DNA of 64,000 nt, from the IMG/VR virus record IMGVR_UViG_3300047509_000088, positions 1 to 64,000 of that record; one strand, given 5' to 3'. Positions within the stretch are counted from its first letter, which is position 1, and every line of letters begins with the position of its first letter. This document shows, one piece after another, positions 1 through 9,425 of the stretch. The position numbers and the translations under genes were made by a program. This DNA comes from a virus. The notes beneath the pieces were generated by a model. The model worked only from the letters and a program-made list of their open reading frames with translations, made no database searches and was not told where the DNA came from.

Positions 1-34
1 GGGCGTTCGCACGAGGCGGTATGATGCCCGCATC

Positions 35-619
35 GTGACCACTCCGGCGCCACCGGCGGCACCATTTGACTGGGATGCGCTTGGCCAGTACAAGGCGGCC
101 GGCGTGCTCCTGGCCGGCTACCCCTCGAACATGCGGACCTTCTACTCGCCGGTCGACAAGGTCCACGAAGTTCTCGTGGCTTTGATCGGTTCCGCTCGGC
201 ATTCCGTAGTTCTGAACCTTTTCGGCTACGACGACGACGAGCTGGACGCTTTGATCCGATCCAAGATGCTCGATTCCGGGGTGTACGTTCAGATGAGCCT
301 CGACTCCTCGCAGGCGGCCGGCGTACACGAGAAGGCGATCCTGGCCAAGTGGCCGATCGATTCCTTCGGGACCTCGGTTGCGGTCGGCCAGTCGATCAAG
401 CATGCGATCTCGCACCTCAAGATCGCGATCGTCGATGGCATATTCGTCGCTCGCGGCTCGACCAATTGGTCCCTCTCCGGCGAGCAGGCACAGGACAACG
501 AACTCACCCTAGTGAACGATCCCGTGGTGGCGGCCGAAACGAGGGCCATACTGGACGTCAATCACACTGAGATCCTGAAGCAGATGGCGGCCAAGTTGAA
601 GGTGGGGGTGCCGCAATGA
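35..619 (+). CDS. Phospholipase D-superfamily protein (single HKD, Nuc-like nuclease/phospholipase)
   Basis: SHLKIAIVDG...GSTNWS...DNE matches HxK(x4)D(x6)GSxN. Confidence 0.85.
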   Translation: MTTPAPPAAPFDWDALGQYKAAGVLLAGYPSNMRTFYSPVDKVHEVLVALIGSARHSVVLNLFGYDDDELDALIRSKMLDSGVYVQMSLDSSQAAGVHEKAILAKWPIDSFGTSVAVGQSIKHAISHLKIAIVDGIFVARGSTNWSLSGEQAQDNELTLVNDPVVAAETRAILDVNHTEILKQMAAKLKVGVPQ

Positions 620-702
620 GCCTCGAACAGTTCGTAATTCTTGCCTTGGTCGTGATCGTGGTTGTCTGGGTTATTCGCTGGATACTCCGGAGAGGCGCGT
701 AA
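616..702 (+). CDS. 28-aa single-TM peptide (MSLEQFVILALVVIVVVWVIRWILRRGA)
   Basis: ATGA overlap with the PLD stop; hydrophobic stretch then basic tail; ends just before the next ATG. Confidence 0.6.
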   Translation: MSLEQFVILALVVIVVVWVIRWILRRGA

Positions 703-703
703 A

Positions 704-1663
704 ATGGCATCCAATCCCGGATCGCCCGGATCGCCCGGAGGCGCGGGCGCAAGTCCTGGCCAGCCGATCTACGTCTCCCAGCCGACCGCTGGCCTGGTTC
801 CGGTCCCCGACCCGACACTCCTGACCACCCAGCTCGTCAGGGAGGCATTGGCCTCGTTCCGCGAGGTCATGGAAGCGCGTCTTGACGGGATGGACCGAGC
901 GACCAAGCTGTTGACAGACGACACGCTCAAGGCAAGCTATCGGGATATCGTCGAAGCCCGGCTGACGGCGATTGACAGGGCGACCGAGCTGTTGTCGGCG
1001 GAGTTGCTCAAGCTGCCCTATCGCGAGGTCGTCGACGCGCGTCTGACCGGGATGGACCAGGCCACGCTCGTTCTGGCTCGCGACCAGGCCAAGATCACGG
1101 CCGATCTGGCGGAGCAGCGCCAGCTTCTGCGAAACGAGCTGCATGCCGCCATACAGGCATTGGCCGACCTTCACGGCCAGATGATTGCTTCGCTGGAGAG
1201 GGTGGTGGGCGCGAAGATCAACGAGATCCAGTCAGTGACGAACGAGCGCTTCGCCGCGATCGACACTCGTTTCCAGGAGCGCGACACCCGGACCGAGCAG
1301 GCTGCCCAGGAGAGCAGGATTAGCCTGGATGCCGCGCTTGCCGCCGCCAAGGAAGCGGTCTCGCTCCAGAACGAGGCCAACAGCCAGGCGATCGGCAAGT
1401 CGGAAGCCGCCACGACCAAGGAGATCGACGCCGTCAAGACGGCCGCCACCCAGACGACCAAGACGCTGGATGACAAGATCGTCGCCTTAACTGCGCGAGT
1501 CGATCGCGGAGAGGGCTCCAGCGTCGGTCAAGACAAGGCCCAGGAGCGGCAGCAGTGGTCGACCGGTCTGGTCGTGACCGCCGTGATCGGAGCCACGGCC
1601 GTCGGGGTCACTGTCCTGGGGATCATCGTCTCGATCGGCCTCTATATCGCCCTGCACCACTGA
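704..1663 (+). CDS. Coiled-coil protein with C-terminal TM helix
   Basis: Three (F/Y)R(E/D)..(E/D)ARL.(G/A).D.AT repeats, long helical body, hydrophobic C-terminus; ATG at 704. Confidence 0.7.
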   Translation: MASNPGSPGSPGGAGASPGQPIYVSQPTAGLVPVPDPTLLTTQLVREALASFREVMEARLDGMDRATKLLTDDTLKASYRDIVEARLTAIDRATELLSAELLKLPYREVVDARLTGMDQATLVLARDQAKITADLAEQRQLLRNELHAAIQALADLHGQMIASLERVVGAKINEIQSVTNERFAAIDTRFQERDTRTEQAAQESRISLDAALAAAKEAVSLQNEANSQAIGKSEAATTKEIDAVKTAATQTTKTLDDKIVALTARVDRGEGSSVGQDKAQERQQWSTGLVVTAVIGATAVGVTVLGIIVSIGLYIALHH

Positions 1664-1675
1664 TCTAACCGTGGA

Positions 1676-1957
1676 TCAAGACCAGCTTCTTCCGGGATGG
1701 AGCCTGGCGTGACAGGACGAGCAGATCGAGGCCAGCCAGGCATCGGGCTCGTTCCCGTCAAACGCTCCGTACTTGAGGTGGTGGACCTGGGTCGCTGGCT
1801 GGCTGCATCCTCGACGTTCACAGGTCGGGTGAGCTGCCCGATATCGTCTAGACCTCGCCCGCCAGACGGCTGACTGGATATATCGGAGGTACTCGTCGGA
1901 CAGCCGGCGAGGTCGGGGTCGCCGCCGCTTTGAGGGAGGGGTTGCCTTGAGGGTCAT
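1676..1957 (-). CDS. HNH endonuclease (gp74/McrA-like)
   Basis: CERRGC..ATQVHH.KY.....E....L.SICSSCHARLH. Confidence 0.8.
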   Translation of the reverse strand: MTLKATPPSKRRRPRPRRLSDEYLRYIQSAVWRARSRRYRAAHPTCERRGCSQPATQVHHLKYGAFDGNEPDAWLASICSSCHARLHPGRSWS

Positions 1958-2068
1958 CTCGATCTTCCGGGTGGACGGGTGGTGTTCGGGTGGACGGCTG
2001 TTTTCCGTACGCTCTTAGTTCGTATGTTAGTGCAGATTAGTAACTTGTATGGTATATGTTATTCGTTT

Positions 2069-2533
2069 ATGCCCGGCAGAGGACCCGCACCCCAGCCCAC
2101 CGCCCTGAAGGTGTTGAACGGCAACCCCGGCAAGCGTGCCCTGCCGAAGGACGAGCCCAAGCCGGACCCGGCCGAGCCGTTCATGCCGCCGTTCCTTGAC
2201 CAGGACGCCCGCGCGGAGTGGCGGCGGATCGTGCCCATCCTGCTCAAGATGGGCGTGCTGACGGTGGCGGATGGCGCCGCTCTGGCCTCCTACTGCGAGA
2301 CGTACTCGACCTACACTCACGCGCTCAAGGTGATCGAGGAGGAGGGGATGTCCTTCCAGAGCCCCAAGACGATGGTCGAGCACCTTCGGCCCGAGGTGGG
2401 GATCGTCCAGCAGTGCCGGGTCCACATCAAGGCGTTCTGCCAGGAGTTCGGGATGACGCCGTCGGCGCGTTCGCGCATGACCGTGGCCAACAACGAGAAG
2501 GAGAAGGACGGCATGGAGGGCCTCCTCCAGTGA
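2069..2533 (+). CDS. terS: Terminase small subunit (P27 family)
   Basis: MPGRGPAPQPTALKVLNGNPGKR N-terminus and EFGMTPSARSR C-terminus; lies upstream of terL. Confidence 0.92.
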   Translation: MPGRGPAPQPTALKVLNGNPGKRALPKDEPKPDPAEPFMPPFLDQDARAEWRRIVPILLKMGVLTVADGAALASYCETYSTYTHALKVIEEEGMSFQSPKTMVEHLRPEVGIVQQCRVHIKAFCQEFGMTPSARSRMTVANNEKEKDGMEGLLQ

Positions 2534-2652
2534 CCGAGGAGGACGAGAAGCCGTCTGGCGGGATCGTCTGGTGGTACCTCGACGAGGACGACGACGACTA
2601 CGCGGGGACGGCGGTAGATCGACGTCGTCGGGTGTGGAAGTCGTCCGGGTAG
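2530..2652 (+). CDS. Small acidic hypothetical protein
   Basis: GTGA overlap with the terS stop; fills the gap to terL. Confidence 0.4.
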   Translation: MTEEDEKPSGGIVWWYLDEDDDDYAGTAVDRRRRVWKSSG

Positions 2653-2658
2653 ACCCGG

Positions 2659-4227
2659 ATGAGCTGGCAGCCTCGTAACGCGGCCGAGCGAGATGCCGCC
2701 GATCGCGCCGTCCAGTTCATCTCTCTCCTGACGCATACCAAGGGCAAGTGGGCGGGCAAGCCGTTTGATCTCCTTCCATGGCAAAGGGACATCATCCGTC
2801 CTGTGTTCGGCACGCTCAATCCGGACGGCTCACGGACTATTCGGACTGTGTATGTCGAGGTGCCCAGGAAGCAGGGTAAGTCGGAGTTAGCGGCAGCAGT
2901 TGCATTGAAGCTTCTGTTCGCGGACAAAGAGCCCGGCGGCGAAGTCTATGGCGCCGCAAACGACCGCGATCAGGCGTCGATTGTTTTCAACGTCGCCGGT
3001 CAGATGGTTAGAACCAATGCCGCCCTGCGTAGTCACTCGCGCGTGATCGACTATTCGAAGAGAGTGGTAGTGACCAAGGGCATCAGTGAGGGGTCTGTCT
3101 ACAGGGCAATCCCCGCCGATGCGGCCGGCTCTCACGGGTTTAACGCCTCTGGCGTGATCTTTGATGAGATCCACACTCAACCCAACAGGGATCTGTGGGA
3201 CGTCTTGACGACCGCCACCGCCGCGCGCAATCAGCCGTTGACATTCGGTATCACGACGGCTGGATACGACAGGAATTCGATCTGCTGGGAGCTGCATGAG
3301 AGGGCCCGCCAGATTATCGAGGGGGTGATCGTGGACCCCACCTGGTTCGCGGTGATCCACGCTGCTCCCGAGGAAGCCGACTGGCGCGACGAACAGGTCT
3401 GGCGGGATGCCAATCCGTCCTTTGGGATCACGGTGCCCAAGGAATACTTCGAGCAACAGGCGCAACAGGCGATCACGAGTCCTGCGTACGAGAACACGTT
3501 CAGAAGGTTGCATCTCAATCAATGGACGGCACAGCAGTCCCGGTTTATTCCGATGCGGGACTGGGACGCCTGTGCTGGTCCTGTAGTCGAGGCCAGTCTG
3601 ACGGGCAGGACGTGCTATGCCGGCGTCGACCTCGCCTCGACGACCGACCTGTCTGCATTGGCCCTTGTTTTTCCGCCGGCCGATCCGAATGTCGGCGAGT
3701 ACGAGGTCGTTATGCGTTTCTGGGCTCCGGAGAGTCGTCTGGAAGAGCGGGGGTCCAGGGATCGTGTGCCGTATAGGCACTGGGTCCAGACCGGTTTCTT
3801 GGAAGCGACCGAAGGCAATGTGATCGACTATGCCGCGATCGAGCGAGAGATCCAAAAAGCGTCCCTCAAATACCGACTACCCCAATTGGCGGTTGACAGA
3901 CTGTTCAACGCCGAGTATCTCGCCCAGCGGATCGACGACACCGGCATCGAGGTCGAGCGGCGCGGGATGGGCTTTCTCGACATGTCGTTCCCGACGAAGG
4001 AACTCCTTCGGCTGATCCTTCAGCGGCGGATTCGCCATGGCGGCCATCCGATTCTTCGCTGGATGGCCGATAATCTGATGGCGGAACAGGATGCGGCTGG
4101 AAACGTCAAGCCGTCCAAGGCCAAGTCCACGCAGAGGATTGACGGGATCGTCGCGTTGATCTTGGCCCTCGACCTCGCCCTGCGCCACCAGGATGACGAA
4201 TATGACGTCCTGGAAAGTGTGAAATGA
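2659..4227 (+). CDS. terL: Terminase large subunit
   Basis: VPRKQGKS Walker A, IFDEIH Walker B, ITTAG, GVDLASTTDL and RIDGIVA nuclease motifs. Confidence 0.97.
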   Translation: MSWQPRNAAERDAADRAVQFISLLTHTKGKWAGKPFDLLPWQRDIIRPVFGTLNPDGSRTIRTVYVEVPRKQGKSELAAAVALKLLFADKEPGGEVYGAANDRDQASIVFNVAGQMVRTNAALRSHSRVIDYSKRVVVTKGISEGSVYRAIPADAAGSHGFNASGVIFDEIHTQPNRDLWDVLTTATAARNQPLTFGITTAGYDRNSICWELHERARQIIEGVIVDPTWFAVIHAAPEEADWRDEQVWRDANPSFGITVPKEYFEQQAQQAITSPAYENTFRRLHLNQWTAQQSRFIPMRDWDACAGPVVEASLTGRTCYAGVDLASTTDLSALALVFPPADPNVGEYEVVMRFWAPESRLEERGSRDRVPYRHWVQTGFLEATEGNVIDYAAIEREIQKASLKYRLPQLAVDRLFNAEYLAQRIDDTGIEVERRGMGFLDMSFPTKELLRLILQRRIRHGGHPILRWMADNLMAEQDAAGNVKPSKAKSTQRIDGIVALILALDLALRHQDDEYDVLESVK

Positions 4228-4243
4228 CTGGTAGGATGGGCTG

Positions 4244-5701
4244 ATGGGCTGGCGTGATCGTTTGCTAGGCGGATCTAGTAGGCAGCGGGTCGAGGAGCTG
4301 GAGGGCCGCGTCCGGGATCTCTCTGAGTTGAGGTCAATCGACACGCTCCCGTGGAATGTCGGCGCCGACGCGCCGACCCGGACGCCATCCGCCGAGCGTG
4401 CGATGCGCCTGGCGCCGGTCTACGCGGCTGTCTCGCTGATCGCCCGGAACGTCTCGACCCAGCCACTTCACGCCTACCGGAAGGCCGGCACGGGCAGCCC
4501 GGTGACCCGCATGCCCTATCTGCCCCAGTTGTTCCAGAGTCCGTCGATCCATGGCGGCCTGGTGGCGTGGCTGCATCGTCTTCTGACCAGCCTGCTACTG
4601 GACGGCAACGCCTATGGTCTGATCACACAGAGAGACGGGTACGGTTTCCCGACCATGATCGAATGGCTCAATCCGGCCCAGGTCTATGTTTGGGACGAGA
4701 GCCAGTGGGGAAGGGGGTCGTACTGGGATCCAATCTACTACTGGCGCGGGCGAGAGGTCGATAGAGAGAATCTCGTTCACATCCCCTTCTTCGCGGTCCC
4801 GTTCCGGGTCAGGGGACTCAGTCCAATGGGTGCGTTCGCGTCGGCGGTTGACATCGGTCTCGAAGGTCAGAAGTACGCTTCCGACTGGTACCGAGCTGGC
4901 GGAGTGCCGCCGGGCACGTTCAAGAATGCGAACAAGACAATCAACGACACCGAGGCTACCGCCGTCAAGGGTCGGTTGGTCGACTCGATCCGGACACATC
5001 AGCCGCTCGTGTATGGCGCCGACTGGGACTACTCGCCGATTGCGATCAATCCTCGTGACGCGATCTTCGTGGAAACCCACCAGATGTCGGCGACCGACAT
5101 CGCGTCTGTCTACGGGATCTATCCGCCGGAGAGGATCGGCGGCAACACGGGCGGAAGATCCGTCGTGTACGCGAATGTCGAGCAGGAACAGATCCAGTTT
5201 ATTCAGTTGACGTTGTTGCCGTATGTCGCCACCCTCGAATCGACCTTTTTCGATCTGCTGCCCGAGCCTCAGTACGTCAAGTTCAATCTCGACGCTCAGA
5301 TTCGGACCGACACCAAGACCCGGCACGAGGTTCATCAGATCGACCGTGAGATCGGCCTTAAGAATATCGACGAGATCCGTGAGGTCGAAGACATGGCGCC
5401 GCTGCCGAACGGAGAGGGCAAGGTCTACGACCCGCTGATCGTGGTCAGGGAGACGATCAAGGCCACCGCTCAGTCTCAATTCAATCCGAACCAGCCCAAC
5501 TTCCAGACCGCGCCCGCGCCGGTCACCGAACCCGGTCAGCCGGCTGCACCTGGTCAGCCGGCGGCGGCACCGGCCTCGTCAAATGGATCAACCGGCTCAA
5601 ACGGAACCAATGGCCGATTCACCGGCAGCCTGGACGAGCTGGCGGTCGCCGGCCCGGCCGGACGGTCGCGAGGAGAGGATAGTGACTTCCCGCCTTTCTG
5701 A
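4244..5701 (+). CDS. Portal protein (HK97 family)
   Basis: VYAAVSLIA, LLLDGNAY, GLSP, YANVEQ, NIDEIREVEDMAPLPNG; follows terL. Confidence 0.95.
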   Translation: MGWRDRLLGGSSRQRVEELEGRVRDLSELRSIDTLPWNVGADAPTRTPSAERAMRLAPVYAAVSLIARNVSTQPLHAYRKAGTGSPVTRMPYLPQLFQSPSIHGGLVAWLHRLLTSLLLDGNAYGLITQRDGYGFPTMIEWLNPAQVYVWDESQWGRGSYWDPIYYWRGREVDRENLVHIPFFAVPFRVRGLSPMGAFASAVDIGLEGQKYASDWYRAGGVPPGTFKNANKTINDTEATAVKGRLVDSIRTHQPLVYGADWDYSPIAINPRDAIFVETHQMSATDIASVYGIYPPERIGGNTGGRSVVYANVEQEQIQFIQLTLLPYVATLESTFFDLLPEPQYVKFNLDAQIRTDTKTRHEVHQIDREIGLKNIDEIREVEDMAPLPNGEGKVYDPLIVVRETIKATAQSQFNPNQPNFQTAPAPVTEPGQPAAPGQPAAAPASSNGSTGSNGTNGRFTGSLDELAVAGPAGRSRGEDSDFPPF

Positions 5702-6437
5702 TTCGTCTGACGCCGAAGAGAGGATCGGTTCATCCAATCAGTCCCATGATTCGTCTGGCAAGTTCGGCGCCGGCAACGTCCCCGGGACGGTATCAGGCCA
5801 CGGCAAGAAGGGCGGACCCTACGCCCAGAAACATTCCCCGGGCGGACCAAGCGCGGGAGGGGGAGGCGGCGAGTCCGATCCGACCAGCGGCGAGTCGAGC
5901 GGCGGGACCAATCGCCCCGGCAAGAAGGAGACGATCACCTCGTCTGGCCAGTCGGCTGCCGTGCAAGCGTGGCTGGGGCCATCTCAGGCAGCGATCAACG
6001 CTGAAGCGATCAGTGGCCAGCCGGGGCAGTACGCGACGACCATCGCCGCGCTCGACGCCGAGATCAAGTCGTCCAAGCCGCACACCGCCGACCTGGTCGT
6101 CTATCGGGAGATCTCTGGGGCGGAGACGCTGACGATCGGTGGTACAGTGACAACCAAAGGATTCATGGCTACGTCGCCAACTCCACTCTCTGCGACGGCG
6201 TCCAGGATCACGATCCCGGCCGGGGCACATGCCCTGACTCTGCCGGGCGAGGTGCTCCTACCAAGAGGCACCCAGCTTCGAGTAGATGGCCCGAGACAAT
6301 TCACTGTCCAACTCGCGTCGAACGGAGGCCGTCACCTCGCGTACTACCGGCTGCTGTGGATGCAATCGGATACTCCGGAGCAGCGAGCCGAGATTCTTGC
6401 CGCAGTCAACCGCATTCAGGGCGGAATGCGCCCATAA
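5682..6437 (+). CDS. Putative head-associated ADP-ribosyltransferase-like protein (VIP2/ART-like, degenerate motifs)
   Basis: VVYRE...KGFMATS...GEVLLPRG resembles the R-STS-E ART motifs; N-terminal NQSHDSSGKF motif; GTG start after AGGAGAGGA. Confidence 0.65.
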   Translation: MTSRLSDSSDAEERIGSSNQSHDSSGKFGAGNVPGTVSGHGKKGGPYAQKHSPGGPSAGGGGGESDPTSGESSGGTNRPGKKETITSSGQSAAVQAWLGPSQAAINAEAISGQPGQYATTIAALDAEIKSSKPHTADLVVYREISGAETLTIGGTVTTKGFMATSPTPLSATASRITIPAGAHALTLPGEVLLPRGTQLRVDGPRQFTVQLASNGGRHLAYYRLLWMQSDTPEQRAEILAAVNRIQGGMRP

Positions 6438-6457
6438 TGTGCTAGGAGGTTTACCTG

Positions 6458-7522
6458 ATGGGCGCAATTCGACATACGCAGACCGCGACCAGCGACACTG
6501 CGTGGGACGAGACCGATCACGAGCAGCGGCTCGGCGGGAGGAAGCGAACGCCCGGCCAGTTGGGGGCCGCCTATGGCTGGGTCGACACTGGCGGGGACGC
6601 ATCGTCCAAGGCGAGCTATCGCTACCTGCACCACCTGGTCGACGCTTCCAGCGGTTCGATCGGCGCGGCCTCGACCCGTGCCTGTCTGGCGGGGATCGCC
6701 AAGCTGAACGGGGCCGGCGGCGTCGACACCGGCATCCCCGAGGGCGACCGTGCCGCTGTCTACGAGCACCTGGCGCGACACCTCACGGACGCCGGCATGA
6801 ACGCGCCCAAGCTCAGGACGATCGATCCCGAGGTGGACTTCGCGCCCACTGTGGAGCGCCGGTTCACCATGGTGCCGGTCGAGATGCGCCAAGGCGATGG
6901 CGACAACCCGGTCATCGCCGGCTACGCGGCCGTCTTCGATCGGACCTCCCACAACCTCGGCGGCTTCGTGGAGCGGGTCGCGCCCAGCTTCTTCAACGAA
7001 GCCCGGCTGGCCGGCTGGCCGGATGTGCTGGCCCGGTTCAACCACGAAGACAACATGCTCCTGGGGACCAGCTCCGCCCGGACGCTTCGGCTTCGGACGG
7101 ACAACACCGGCCTGCACTACGAGATCGATCCGCCCAAGTCTCGGGCGGACGTGGTCGAGTTGATCCAGCGCGGCGACGTCAGGCAGTCATCCTTCGCCTT
7201 CCGGGCGGCCAAGGATGAGTGGACCCTTTCGGACGAGGGATACCCGCTCAGGATTCTGCACAGCGGTCAGATCATGGACATCGCTCCGGTCACTCGCGCC
7301 GCCTACCCGGACACGACCTCGGCCATTCGCAGCCTGTCAGAGCAGATGGGCGCCGATCCAGAGGAGATCCGGCACATGGCGGCGGCTGACGAGCTGCGGA
7401 GCCTGTGGGTTCGGTCCAAGGGCAACAAGCCGGCGGCGAAGCCGTCAGAGCCCAAGCGCCTGTTCGGTCCTGCCGCCATGATGCTGCTCGACCAGCTTCG
7501 GGAGGGGCCGGAAGAGGGATAG
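6458..7522 (+). CDS. Prohead protease (HK97/U35 family) with extra N-terminal domain
   Basis: IAGYAAVF, FNH, QSSFAF, PVTRAAYPDT; about 120-aa N-terminal extension. Confidence 0.93.
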   Translation: MGAIRHTQTATSDTAWDETDHEQRLGGRKRTPGQLGAAYGWVDTGGDASSKASYRYLHHLVDASSGSIGAASTRACLAGIAKLNGAGGVDTGIPEGDRAAVYEHLARHLTDAGMNAPKLRTIDPEVDFAPTVERRFTMVPVEMRQGDGDNPVIAGYAAVFDRTSHNLGGFVERVAPSFFNEARLAGWPDVLARFNHEDNMLLGTSSARTLRLRTDNTGLHYEIDPPKSRADVVELIQRGDVRQSSFAFRAAKDEWTLSDEGYPLRILHSGQIMDIAPVTRAAYPDTTSAIRSLSEQMGADPEEIRHMAAADELRSLWVRSKGNKPAAKPSEPKRLFGPAAMMLLDQLREGPEEG

Positions 7523-7659
7523 CCACCCTTCTTTCAGACGGTTAGTTCGATCTGCCGGTGGCTCCCGGCAGGCCCGTCCACCTTCCGGTAGGCGGGCTAG
7601 AGAACCAGCGGAACGCAGAGGCCAGCGGTCCGTCATTCAAAGGGAACAAGGAGGTCCCA

Positions 7660-8928
7660 ATGTCTGACGAGATCGTCAAGCGTCTCAAGGATCGGCGGCA
7701 CCAGGTCTGGGAGCAGGCCAAGGAGATCGCCTCCAGGGCGGCTGACGAGAACCGCGCCTTTTCGGCGGAAGAGCAGGGCCAGTGGGATGGGCTGAACTCC
7801 GAGCTGACCGACCTGGACAAGCGCATGAAGGCGGCCCTGGACGTCGCCCAGCGCGGGAAGGACGCCAACGACGCCTTCGACAAGCTCTACAAGAAGCCGG
7901 AGGACCGCCGGGGCGGGCCCAGCCTCTCCGAGAGCGAGGCCGAGCTTCGCGCGTTCTGCCGGGGCGATGCCGGGGCTCCCCGCGTCTACGAGGTCAAGCC
8001 GCCGCCGGGCAGCCGGATCGAGCTGCGCAACACCCTGACCAAGGGTTCCGCGACGGCCGGCGGCGACACCGTTCCGACCGCGTTCTACGACCGGCTGATC
8101 GCTCACCTGATCCAGGTCTCGGGCCTGCTCCAGGCGGGCGTCACGGTCCTCAACACGTCCTCGGGCGAGCAGATCCAGGTGCCCAAGACGACCGCCCATT
8201 CGGCGGCCCTGCTGACTGCCGAGGCGGGGACCATCACGGCCTCCGATCCGGTCTTCGGTCAGGCCACCCTCGGCGCCTTCAAGTACGGCATCCTGGTCCA
8301 GGTCGCCCGCGAGCTGGTCGATGACACTGGGGTCGACCTGGAGGGCTACCTGGCCATGCAGGCGGGACGGGCTCTGGGCAACGCGCTCGGCGCCGACCTG
8401 ATCACCGGCACCGGCACCGGGCAGCCGACCGGCCTCATGACCTCGACCACGACCGGCGTGACGTCGACGACCGGCGTGAGCGGCGGCTTTGGCGCTCAGG
8501 GGACGGCTGGGCAGGGCGGCGACGCCCTGATCAACCTGTTCTATTCGGTCATCGCGCCGTACCGTTCGTCTGCAAGCTGCGCCTGGCTGATGCGTGACGC
8601 GACCATGGCCAAGGTCCGCACGATCCAGGACACCACCGGGCAGTACCTCTTCCAGCCGTCGCTGGTGGCGGGCACCCCGGACACGCTGATGGGCAAGCCG
8701 CTCTACAGCGACCCCTTCATGCCGGCGATGGCGACCGGCGCCAAGTCGGTGGCGTTCGGCGACCTCAGCCAGTATTTCGTGCGACTGGCGGGCGGGGTCC
8801 GCTTCGAGCGCTCGGACGAGTTCGCCTTCGGCAACGACCTGATCACGTTCCGCGCTCTGCTCAGGGGCGACGGCGTGCTGGTCGATCAGACCGGGGCTGT
8901 CAAGCACTTCGCGGGCGCAACCACGTAG
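7660..8928 (+). CDS. Major capsid protein (HK97 fold with delta domain)
   Basis: Coiled-coil N-terminus, GGDTVP, VARELVDD, GTGTGQPTG, TLMGKP, VAFGDLS; RBS AAGGAGG before ATG 7660. Confidence 0.96.
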   Translation: MSDEIVKRLKDRRHQVWEQAKEIASRAADENRAFSAEEQGQWDGLNSELTDLDKRMKAALDVAQRGKDANDAFDKLYKKPEDRRGGPSLSESEAELRAFCRGDAGAPRVYEVKPPPGSRIELRNTLTKGSATAGGDTVPTAFYDRLIAHLIQVSGLLQAGVTVLNTSSGEQIQVPKTTAHSAALLTAEAGTITASDPVFGQATLGAFKYGILVQVARELVDDTGVDLEGYLAMQAGRALGNALGADLITGTGTGQPTGLMTSTTTGVTSTTGVSGGFGAQGTAGQGGDALINLFYSVIAPYRSSASCAWLMRDATMAKVRTIQDTTGQYLFQPSLVAGTPDTLMGKPLYSDPFMPAMATGAKSVAFGDLSQYFVRLAGGVRFERSDEFAFGNDLITFRALLRGDGVLVDQTGAVKHFAGATT

Positions 8929-8959
8929 GACTATGGGCTGGTAGTAAGGAGAATAGCCC

Positions 8960-9355
8960 ATGGCGAGAATCCACGGTCGAGGCTCAAAGGTCTATCTCGG
9001 CGTAGGGGTAGCGGTCCCTTTGTCGAACGCGGCCGACTGGACGCTCGACCTGGCGTTCGACAGCGTCGATGTGTCCCAGCTCGGCGACGACTGGAAGCAG
9101 ACACTCCGTGGCCAGGGCGGTTGGTCGGGTACGATCAACGGCCCGCTGGAGACGACCACGGGGACGGTCTGGGCGGCGACCACGTCCGGCGTGACGTGCC
9201 CGCTCTACATCTATCCCAACTGGCGGGTGGATGGCGGCGCCACGTACTACTACGGGACCGCGTGGTTCGAGGCGTCAGTCAAGGGCGGTGTGACCACCGC
9301 AGTTACGTTCACCGGAAAGGTGGTCGGACTCGGACCGCTGACCTCGTACCCGTAG
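8960..9355 (+). CDS. Putative tail tube (major tail) protein
   Basis: MARIHGRGSKVY, W.LD...D.VDVSQLGD.WK..L.G..GWSGTI, YYYGTA, G.GPLT pattern of siphoviral tube proteins. Confidence 0.7.
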   Translation: MARIHGRGSKVYLGVGVAVPLSNAADWTLDLAFDSVDVSQLGDDWKQTLRGQGGWSGTINGPLETTTGTVWAATTSGVTCPLYIYPNWRVDGGATYYYGTAWFEASVKGGVTTAVTFTGKVVGLGPLTSYP

Positions 9356-9425
9356 CTCGATGACAATCTGGACGGCTGGTCGCTTGAAGGGGCGATCAGC
9401 CGTTCTCAATTAGGAGGTGGTGCCG

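Noticed and set aside
7633-8961. Long antisense or alternative-frame ORFs (e.g. 7633-8961, 2887-3855, 6286-7218, 37905-38753)
   Set aside because: Shadow ORFs expected from high-GC codon bias; no motifs, unlike the overprinted HEN
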